Part shown: one piece after another, positions 40,901 to 46,221 of the stretch
Numbering within the stretch: the stretch's first letter is position 1
Layout: every line of letters begins with the position of its first letter
From: an uncultured Clostridia bacterium
GTDB lineage: Bacteria; Bacillota; Clostridia; Christensenellales; Borkfalkiaceae
Assembly (NCBI GenBank): GCA_934254815.1
Contig: CAKQME010000004.1
Coordinates: forward strand, 45,984 to 109,983
Length of the DNA: 64,000 nucleotides
Direction: 5' to 3'
Notes under the pieces: model-generated
The model's database searches: none
Seen by the model: the letters and a program-made list of their open reading frames with translations, nothing else
Told to the model about the DNA's origin: nothing
Made by a program: the position numbers and the translations under genes

Positions 40901-41279
40901 CGAAGCTCTTAAAACGATAACGCTTTCCGAAATGATTACGGAAATATCCGAATCGGCGTTTTCGGGTTCGGGGTTGACGGAAATAACGTTGCCCGATTCC
41001 GTAAGGACTATAAATGACTGCGCGTTTATGAATTGTAAATCGCTTGTAAACGTCACGCTCGGCAACGGATTGTGCGAAATCGGTAGAAACGCGTTCGACG
41101 GTTGTACGAAAGTTAAGTCTGTCGTTATTCCGTCGCGCGTGTATTCGCTTAAAAACGCGTTCAACGGTTGGGGCGAAGATCAGACTATAACGTTCGCTCT
41201 TAAAAAATCTCAGGCGGCTAAACTGTTCGGTACCGAATGGCTGAGCGGTTGCGAGGCAACGATAGCTTATAACGGCTGA
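31974..41279 (+). CDS. Giant BspA-type leucine-rich-repeat (LRR_5) surface lipoprotein, about 3100 aa
   Basis: RBS GAGGAGG lies 6 nt before the ATG at 31974; the listed start at 31947 lacks an RBS. Lipobox 'TAAFGASCKG'. Listeria-Bacteroides repeats are present ('..GKEFVGWY..'), as are five Fn3-like modules ('W..V..A..Y'). About 2250 aa of 'IP.SVT.IG..AF..C..L' repeats follow. Confidence 0.9.
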   Translation: MNGKNKLVVLLLAIFVAMTAAFGASCKGKPESTENGIAKNAEYYCVAEAEEYVVTLTNAKTYFLSVAGERKTGDYTLSESGELKLIVDGNEVSASINGDELAITYGGKSYTLLEKIKRSVTFDKGGATEVKTVTNGKPVEKPADPAGKDGKEFVGWYAAADYGEIYNFAAPVRSDITVYAQYIDTDAGAREFTATLKDGTDKKISTHNGKIYGLEPLAVKDGKEFDGWYVSDFNDEAKLTYKYTDEVLKENVNLYPVWKGGIYGVKVAGDNITWSANNAVAFKVTISAAGFDKTLPVTKTEAECKFSEMAAGEYKIVITDNAGDNKFEAYYNNKALARVSDFTVAESGMLIYNPVENAEKYIITVDCGNKNHKHTSIDNGTYTYFDISGCEMQKGGIKVTVKAEAAGLISSEGVFVYDKTLDKISAIDVKDGKLVWNAVDNALGYVLTINGEEIKLDANEFSLKEYAEGKYDIEIYPVNYKYNSPEAAILTYNKTPLASPAGVAVNGNVLKWKSVENATGYSVKLNGTEYTVTANEKVFDSDDIKSFNKVTITAFNETDKSEESDVFEFADDSLRGLKYDCGKVYWTPVVAADSYAVSVNGGKETNYNKETVSAPISFTESGKNVITVSYYYGDGSCGDTQTITVDVYEIKYIGKNGQSEVEYKAKGDKLGFPAEKLTVTGFDIDGWYDVPDGGANNGARYLADKLLKSGGITLYADFLSKAYDVTLVNGDEQTVEQVRYNETYTLSVPESEDENLVFGGWFFQPNGVGDQYTDMSGVSLKKWSAAHNEVILYANWLRVFEYTLNGTRTGYIVTEGKGIPYVTEATVKDIMGTLPVVSIDSLSGADKLEYIKIPDTVNFSVGMKEGVATSAFASCHNLKSIMIYETSGVDKSGFTSDDGAVYVTETDGDKTTKTLALIPYGKTGTFTVAYDATALATGALSGSALTKVIIPSSVTAVGNNAFKNSKLLTEVEFLAEKDGEEAKELTFGHNVFFGCDALVKLTLPGRLKASSCEFASSVNANAKLTMGFDKEIFGTNAYKATDGITSLERIDVVGKKVNYSSVDGILTDKDEKTVIYCPRGRTADVTLPNTVTEIGNAAFRNCALIENVSIPGTVATIREEAFMSCSNLASLVFGGDENDGALTIEQAAFYRAGRLEKVTLPANLKRIGQYAFYSAALRDVTVGCVGVDDGTLEFADNAFGSIPMQGFTSGFAVTKLTLGKDTPLIGISAVFGYKIETVVLDKANKNYFIDSDGALYSADKTRLLCYPKGGATDIVIADGVEEIDANVFRENVNLRTVKIPASLKKIGDNAFAHCELLQKIEFANGDTPITIGDFAFNGCKSLISVGLPSGLTKIGDKAFYNNANLSSVTFGGNKLTEIGESAFAYCNALTEITLPEGLEVIGDSVFVQCNSLVTVNFPASLVELGENVFTYVNDEGLARSCESLAAVNFHKDNVKYESVNGIMYEKVDGKPKNLIYCPVMCGGEDGVVKIPGTVENVAPNAFYGNKVITEVIFLNGSADREIALGEKLFTGADKLTKVTLPNGLETIVDFLLQDTEVKEITVPNTVRTISCNAFLGAKKLETINFESGNEELSLTIADGMGGNGAFTQCISLKEIEFPERTVKIGVAAFDIGYGYTSALKKVKIPASVTEIGKYAFQGCDALETVEFAPGSKLTAIPESAFTNSKNLKNINLPEKLVTIGNQAFQNTGLTEVTLPSSVTSIGNAFNNCNSLRKITIGDGVTSIPMSAFLDCKFLSEVNLGNSVTAIGTYAFKNCVSLKEIALGDKVTTIDEQAFYNTSLKKIKIGAGVTSVGNEAFKFSKLTEVEFAVDNAGVAALQSIGDEAFVGTEITKFEIPETANALTLGGSLFKGCISLTELKISSKVTSLGNSLDGCVTLDNVTVAEENENLSVNSGMLCSKDGHVVYCVFGVAEGELRLPDGIQEIKADAYKGQPNITKVIIPETIKTIGANAFANCGNLVEIVFIKNAPSIESIGNGAFENCTSLKSVNLPESLEAVGDKVFNGCSALATVSLGGEIKTIGSSAFKGTALKFIEIPALVTSVGSDAFGGTKIASVTIPANVTTIGDSAFAGCSELASVIFADNSSLTSVGSNAFNGTEISAITLPSTVTSISANMLAGTKITSFVVPENVTSIGNYAFDGMASLENITIDVKGLKEIGTYAFRNCTSLKSIEIPEGVTKINQGAFFGCTNLSSVTLPETLTLLGTLRPNTSSGKRNPDYGSVFRDCKSLKNIDLPDKISYIGPDTFNGAGLVSVKLPASLKYLTNKNILSSKAQSPLKSKASGQFANCVDLETVILPAGLQAIGASVFKNTPKLKTMYYDGAGSADGNCLPISAVELSISAFEGCGLENIKILGALSDNTKFYLGQCFKYSSIKRVDLSESRLASVPKLLFKYAGDLEEVILPDSVTAIKNDAFYGCDKLKNVNFPSGLTTIEINAFNGCSLLEEADISSVTSLASSAFEGCSSLKTVKLSESLTAIPNNAFKGCSSLENIEIPDNVTALGSGCFASSGLTTIRLSAKVTSIGGGALSAPSLIRITVDKDNAKYSVKNSFLIEDGVKVVAFPNGKPFVADETLVLPDGVTNIASDVFANNVNVKKISVPSTVVEISDGAFRSFKGLEEVILADGIKVIGNDAFSGCVALDKINLPSSLVKIGETAFNGCVSLAAIDFATTNPEVVLSDGAFGGTGLTTLDLSMLNMKTMANNLFAECESLIEVKLPENLEKLGNSAFNSCIALENVEFGGKLTYIDIAAFNGCSALRSVALPESLTDLMQSAFQNSGLTSITLPSGVSDVKNAVFSGCKQLVEFKASGELTKLYDSAFNGCSSLKSITIGSAVESIGKTAFSGCSALETVTFENGANPIFGKQAFENCTSLKTITLPAGITEIPEKTFSGAGLTEIVLPDAVTTIGDRAFENCASLTKVTLPAKLSVIPSYMFYGSGITEITLPETVHTIGSNAFGNCEALKTITLSEMITEISESAFSGSGLTEITLPDSVRTINDCAFMNCKSLVNVTLGNGLCEIGRNAFDGCTKVKSVVIPSRVYSLKNAFNGWGEDQTITFALKKSQAAKLFGTEWLSGCEATIAYNG

Positions 41280-41308
41280 TAAATAATATAAAAAATCAGC
41301 AGAAAAAG

Positions 41309-41357
41309 AAAGGTTGCGTTTCTATTCTTAAAAAGATAGGAGCGTAACCTTTTTTTG
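41309..41357 (+). terminator. Terminator/attenuator after the giant LRR gene
   Basis: 17-bp stem (three G-U pairs) aaaggttgcgtttctat / ataggagcgtaaccttt with a 10-nt loop, followed by ttttttg. Confidence 0.65.
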
Positions 41358-41497
41358 CTTTCCCCGACATGAAAACCGAATTGTATGGGGTAAAGGGCGA
41401 TGAAACTGTATTCTTGCGGTTAAAGACCGTTAAATCGGTTGCTAATATTTCGTCGATGTGCTAAAATATATGGGATATTTGTTTATAGGAGTAAAAA

Positions 41498-42829
41498 ATG
41501 TCTTCTACGGAAAACGAAATGACGCTTATTCAATTCTTCAAGGTGATAGGCAAAAGCTGGAAAAAACTTTTGGTTTACGCTTTGTCGAGTATAATTATCG
41601 CAACTGCCGTAATGTCGGTGGTAAACGTGTGTACGGATACCCGCCACGCCTCCGCCGTTATTACTTCGGGCAATGCGGAAGATAATACGCTTAATATGCT
41701 CGCTCAGGAAAAAAACGAGGTGCTGGCTTCGGCTGTCGCGGAATTGTTCGCAACCGACGCCGCAAGACAGGAAAAAATCATTTCCGCGCTTACGCCCAAT
41801 CTTACCGTTACCGCGCCTGCGGAAACAAAAGATACGAAAACCGACGCGACTTCCGTGCAATTTCTAATAGATATCGAAGAGGATAAATCTCTTGGCTTGT
41901 CGGCAAATCAATATAAGGCGTTGGCAGACGGCGTAACGAGGGGCTTTATCAAAAAGCTTTCGTCGATAGGCGAACTCGAACAACTGATCGCTTTCGATTA
42001 TAATATCGACTCTAATATCTCCGAACTGGAGTATATTCAGGTTGCTTACGACGTCACCGATATGCTTAAAAATTTAAGGGGAATAGTAAAGGCGTCGCTT
42101 TCGACTATGACCTATTATAATTCGGCTGCGGGAGATTTCAAGGGGACAAACGGGCGTTCTCTTAACGAAATAGTCGCTTCGCTCGATTCTTATATCGACG
42201 CTGCCGACAGAGTTACCGATACGATAGTGAGCTTGCGTCTGAGCAATAAAAACGCGGCGGTCTCCGCTAAAGATTATCTTAAAAACGCTTACGATATAGC
42301 CGTTATCGACGCGAAACGTTACAGCGATTTCGCCGCCGAAACCGATAAAGAACTTCAATATTATAAAGATTTGAAAATAACATTGTCCGTTACGGATAAA
42401 AACAACGTGCTTGTGCAGGATTTCGCTAAGATATATAACGAACTTACTCTGAGAAACGAAACGGCGCAGAAAAACGCCGCCGCGGCTCAGAAAATAGCTT
42501 CCGTTCTCGAATTGCGTTATAACGCATATAAAGACCTTACCCCCGATCAGCTCAAACCGTCTACCGAAACCGACGGAACTACGACAAAGCTCAAAAATCT
42601 CTACGAGGTCACTTCTTCGGTTATAGAAGAGTATAACGCGGTGGCGGCGGAGTATGAATCCAGCAGTTACGCGGCGTATTTGTCGCGCTCGACGAATGCG
42701 AAAATATATGTTTCACGCGTGTTGTCGGTAAAAATAATGCTTATAGTCGACGCTGCGCTGTTGGTTATCTCATTGATAGTCGCTTATGCTCAGACTTTTG
42801 ATAAAATGAAACGTAACGGCAGTCTGTAA
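41498..42829 (+). CDS. Wzz/polysaccharide-copolymerase-like bitopic membrane protein
   Basis: The N-terminus 'EMTLIQFFKVIGKSWKKLLVYAL' plus a TM helix resembles the Wzz/CpsC N-terminus. A long helical ectodomain and a second TM helix at the C-terminus follow. RBS AGGAG. Confidence 0.5.
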   Translation: MSSTENEMTLIQFFKVIGKSWKKLLVYALSSIIIATAVMSVVNVCTDTRHASAVITSGNAEDNTLNMLAQEKNEVLASAVAELFATDAARQEKIISALTPNLTVTAPAETKDTKTDATSVQFLIDIEEDKSLGLSANQYKALADGVTRGFIKKLSSIGELEQLIAFDYNIDSNISELEYIQVAYDVTDMLKNLRGIVKASLSTMTYYNSAAGDFKGTNGRSLNEIVASLDSYIDAADRVTDTIVSLRLSNKNAAVSAKDYLKNAYDIAVIDAKRYSDFAAETDKELQYYKDLKITLSVTDKNNVLVQDFAKIYNELTLRNETAQKNAAAAQKIASVLELRYNAYKDLTPDQLKPSTETDGTTTKLKNLYEVTSSVIEEYNAVAAEYESSSYAAYLSRSTNAKIYVSRVLSVKIMLIVDAALLVISLIVAYAQTFDKMKRNGSL

Positions 42830-42844
42830 GTTGTCGTTCAGGCG

Positions 42845-42884
42845 CGAGCCGCCCGCATTTGCGGGCGGCTCGTATTATTTTTTT
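42845..42884 (+). terminator. Strong rho-independent terminator
   Basis: 12-bp GC-rich stem cgagccgcccgc / gcgggcggctcg with a 4-nt loop, followed by tattattttttt. Confidence 0.9.
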
Positions 42885-43012
42885 ACGCGGAAATGTTGAA
42901 TATTTTTCGAATAAATTTTGCATAAATGAATAACCGTATTTTGTTTTTTATTATCGGAAGATGAAAATTTAATGGCGGAAAGCATTTTTTTTGCTTAACG
43001 TATTCAAAACTC

Positions 43013-43041
43013 TTTACATTTTCGGGCGTTTGTGGTATACT
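43013..43041 (+). promoter_or_regulatory. Sigma-A promoter (P2) of the MoxR-vWA-LRR operon
   Basis: TTTACA-N17-TATACT with a TGn extension, 159 nt upstream of the ATG at 43200. Confidence 0.65.
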
Positions 43042-43072
43042 TACAAACAATTATAACTGGGCGAGTTATAAT

Positions 43073-43111
43073 TATAAGTACAGCTTATAGCAGGTATAAG
43101 TACAGCTTATA
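43073..43111. repeat. Right copy of the 39-nt inverted repeat, preceded by a third palindrome TTATAAC-N7-GTTATAA (43051-43071)
   Basis: tataagtacagcttata-gcagg-tataagtacagcttata, which is the reverse complement of 31864-31902 at 36 of 39 positions. Confidence 0.95.
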
Positions 43112-43199
43112 CCTCGACGAAACTTAGGATAATTTTTAATAAAAAACCTTATTTTTCGTCAAGTTTCGCCCGAAAAATCTTTTTTAAAGGAGAGAAGCT

Positions 43200-44246
43200 A
43201 TGAAATCGGTAAAATTGTTCGAAAAGTATTATAAGCGCGTTGCTCGCGAAAGCATGACGAAAGCTGTTATCTGCGGCTTGATAATCGGGTTTGCGGCTAT
43301 GTTTATAACGGCAATCTTATTTTGGTTTTTCAATCCCAAGCTTTTTTGGCTTGCGTTTATCGCGCTTGCTGTAGGCGCGGGCGTTTCAGCTCCGTTATTT
43401 TATCGTTATAAATTCAAACCCACGTCGAGCGCAGTCGCAACGCGTATAGACGAGTTGGGCCTTGAAGAAAGAATGATAACCATGAACGAGCATATGGGCG
43501 ACGAATCTTATATCGCCAAAAGACAACGCGAAGACGCGGTAAAAACGCTCGGCACGATAAGTTCCGACCTTATTAAAATCGTGGTAAGTATTCCGCTTAT
43601 TATAGCCGCGTGCTTTGCGGCGACGCTCGGCGCGGGTATGACTACCGTCGGCGCGCTTGCTAATGCCGGGGTAATCGACGGAGGAAAAGATATAATCGAC
43701 GATATAACCAGAGAAGACCCGATTTACTACGATGTCGAATACGACACCCGGGGCGACGGCGAAATCGTCGGGGATATCGTTCAGAGAATCGAGAAAGGCA
43801 AAGACGCCACCGAGATTTACGCCGTAGCGGGAGACGGTTATGTGTTCTCCTGCTGGGTCATAAAAGGTCAGAAAGAAGCCGGCGAACCGTATCGTCAGGA
43901 TACCAAGATCGAAGAGGATATGAAGATAATCGCGGTGTTCGAGCCTGCCAACGGCGACGGTGAAGGCGAAGGTGAAGGCGATGGCGATGGCGAAGATCAG
44001 GGCGACAGCGAAAAGCCCGGCGACGGCGACGGGCAGGGTAACGACGGCAATAGTAACAATAACGGCGGCATAAGCCCCGGCGGTTCTTACGTCAGCAACG
44101 ATCAGGTGATAGACGGTAAACAGGACTATAAAGACCATTACGACGCCGCAAGAGAAGAAGCTACGGATAACGCTCGCGATAACGGAAATCTTACTGACGA
44201 AGACAGAGACGCGATAGACGGATATTTCAACATTATTAAAAAATAA
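43200..44246 (+). CDS. Membrane protein with a Listeria-Bacteroides-type repeat and an acidic Gly/Asp/Glu low-complexity tract
   Basis: Two N-terminal TM helices and a third hydrophobic segment. Also 'YAVAGDGYVFSCWVIKG' and 'GDGEGEGEGDGDGEDQGDSEKPGDGDGQGNDGNSNNNGG'. It is the first gene of the MoxR operon. Confidence 0.7.
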   Translation: MKSVKLFEKYYKRVARESMTKAVICGLIIGFAAMFITAILFWFFNPKLFWLAFIALAVGAGVSAPLFYRYKFKPTSSAVATRIDELGLEERMITMNEHMGDESYIAKRQREDAVKTLGTISSDLIKIVVSIPLIIAACFAATLGAGMTTVGALANAGVIDGGKDIIDDITREDPIYYDVEYDTRGDGEIVGDIVQRIEKGKDATEIYAVAGDGYVFSCWVIKGQKEAGEPYRQDTKIEEDMKIIAVFEPANGDGEGEGEGDGDGEDQGDSEKPGDGDGQGNDGNSNNNGGISPGGSYVSNDQVIDGKQDYKDHYDAAREEATDNARDNGNLTDEDRDAIDGYFNIIKK

Positions 44247-44273
44247 AAAATTTAAAATACAGAGAGTAGAAAA

Positions 44274-45272
44274 ATGATAACAGAAAAGGACATTGAACAG
44301 TTCAGCGCACAATGCAACGAGATTTTTAAACAGGTAAGCAGAGACGTTATAGGTCAGAAAGACGTAGTCGAAGGCACTATCGTAGCCATGATAGCGGGCG
44401 GTAACGTACTTCTCGAAGGCGTTCCGGGGGTCGGCAAGACAAGACTTGTAAGATCGCTCGGAAGAGTTTTCGATCTTCCGTTCTCCCGTATCCAGTTCAC
44501 GCCCGACCTTATGCCGGCGGACGTTACGGGTACTAACATTATAGTAAAGGACGAAGAGGGCAACTCGACGTTCAAATTCCAGCCCGGACCTATTTTCAGT
44601 AACATTATCTTAGCCGACGAAATCAACCGTGCGACGCCCAAAACTCAGTCCGCGTTGCTCGAAGCAATGCAGGAACATACCGTTACGGTAATGGGCGTTT
44701 CGAGAAAACTTGCAGAACCGTTCTTCGTCCTTGCGACGCAGAACCCCATAGAACAGGACGGTACTTATCCGCTTCCCGAAGCGCAGATGGACCGTTTCAT
44801 GTTTAAACTCATCGTTCCGAACCCCAGCCTCGAAGAGCTTATGCAGATAGTCGATATGACGCAGAAGACTATGGCGGAGGTCGCGGAAGCGGCTTGTAAC
44901 GGCGAACAACTTCTCAGAATGAGAGAAACGGCGAACCAGATTCCCGTAGCGGAAGAAGTTCTCCGCTATGCGATGACTTTGACTTCGGCAACCCACCCCG
45001 ACAGCGAAAACGCTTCGGAAGCTGCCAAGAAGTACGTCAGAGTCGGCGCAAGCCCGCGTGCGGGTCAGGCTCTTATTTCAGCTGCAAAGGTCGTCGCTCT
45101 GATAAAGGGCAGATTCAACGTTGCGTATTCGGATATCAACGAACTTGCTTATCCCGTTCTTCGTCACCGTCTTAAACTCAATTTCGAGGCTATCGCGGAG
45201 AGAATTTCGGCAGACGAGATCATTAAGATGATAGTCGAAGAAGTCGGCAAGACGTTTAAAGGCAAAAAGTGA
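44274..45272 (+). CDS. MoxR-family AAA+ ATPase
   Basis: Walker A 'GVPGVGKT', Walker B 'ILADEINRA', 'PKTQSALLEAMQE', and a length of 332 aa. Confidence 0.9.
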   Translation: MITEKDIEQFSAQCNEIFKQVSRDVIGQKDVVEGTIVAMIAGGNVLLEGVPGVGKTRLVRSLGRVFDLPFSRIQFTPDLMPADVTGTNIIVKDEEGNSTFKFQPGPIFSNIILADEINRATPKTQSALLEAMQEHTVTVMGVSRKLAEPFFVLATQNPIEQDGTYPLPEAQMDRFMFKLIVPNPSLEELMQIVDMTQKTMAEVAEAACNGEQLLRMRETANQIPVAEEVLRYAMTLTSATHPDSENASEAAKKYVRVGASPRAGQALISAAKVVALIKGRFNVAYSDINELAYPVLRHRLKLNFEAIAERISADEIIKMIVEEVGKTFKGKK

Positions 45273-45318
45273 TCGCTCGCGGAATTTACGCGGCGGTTTG
45301 TGACTTGGAGTTCGCAAA

Positions 45319-46221
45319 ATGAAAGTTTCGTATTTAAACGACAAATTTTTCAGTCGTCTCGAAACGCTGTCCTTAAACTTAAAATCTAATCTGGCAGGAT
45401 ATTTCGGAGGAAAGCACCTTGTTAATTCCTACGGTCAGACCGTCGAGTTCGCAGATTTCCGCGAATATCAGTTAGGCGACGATATACGTCGTATAGATTG
45501 GAACTTATACAGCCGTTTCGAAAAATTTTTCTTGAAATTATTTACCGACGAACGTCAGATGCAGATTCAGATTTTTCTCGATTGTTCTGCGTCGATGGGT
45601 AAAGACGATCCGAACAAGGCGGCATACGCGCTGGGCGCAGCCGCCGCGCTCGGATTTTTGGCTGTTCATAATATGGATAAAGTTACGTTCAATATTATGA
45701 AAGGCGAAAAGACCTCTAATCCGTTCGGTACCATAATAGGTAAAAACTCCTACTTCCGCGCTGTAAGTCAGCTCGAAGAGGTTACTTTCGACGGCGAGGC
45801 GGACATTGAAAAATGCGTCGCTTCCTGCCCCGATACAAGCGCGAATAACGGGCTTTCGGTTATCATATCGGACTTTATGACCGACAGCGACTGGAAGAAA
45901 GCCGTCGATTATCTGCGCTATAAACACAGACAAGTTCTGCTCGTTCAGGTGCTTACGCCCGACGAACTCGGCCCCGCTTACGACGGGCGCGTTACGCTTA
46001 TAGACTCCGAATCGGAGGGCGTTGACGATACGAGCAAAAATATGAGAATCAGAATAACCCGCGCCGAACAGAAAGCGTATGAGGCGGCTTTGAAAGATTT
46101 TAAGCAGGATATGCGTACATTCTGCGCAAAGCGTGACGTCGACTACGTTTCAGTAAGCACCGACCAGCCCATTGAAAAGGTTTTGTTCGGAGAGTTGTTA
46201 AAGGTTGGTGTAATCGAATGA
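45319..46221 (+). CDS. DUF58 (vWA-like) protein, MoxR partner
   Basis: 'FADFREYQLGDDIRRIDWNLYSR' is the signature DUF58 motif. A degenerate vWA 'FLDCSASM' follows. Confidence 0.85.
   Translation: MKVSYLNDKFFSRLETLSLNLKSNLAGYFGGKHLVNSYGQTVEFADFREYQLGDDIRRIDWNLYSRFEKFFLKLFTDERQMQIQIFLDCSASMGKDDPNKAAYALGAAAALGFLAVHNMDKVTFNIMKGEKTSNPFGTIIGKNSYFRAVSQLEEVTFDGEADIEKCVASCPDTSANNGLSVIISDFMTDSDWKKAVDYLRYKHRQVLLVQVLTPDELGPAYDGRVTLIDSESEGVDDTSKNMRIRITRAEQKAYEAALKDFKQDMRTFCAKRDVDYVSVSTDQPIEKVLFGELLKVGVIE

Noticed and set aside
34400-41200. A possible diversity-generating retroelement or cassette-recombination target in the LRR array
   Set aside because: No reverse transcriptase, no template-repeat/variable-repeat pair and no long near-identical nucleotide repeats were seen. 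The LRR units have diverged at DNA level.
43950-44080. The GDGEGE-coding tract as a slippage-prone microsatellite or phase-variation site
   Set aside because: The nucleotide sequence is not a perfect short tandem repeat: the codons vary (ggc/ggt, gaa/gat/gac). I saw no homopolymer of 9 nt or longer, and no perfect repeat, near any start codon in the cluster.
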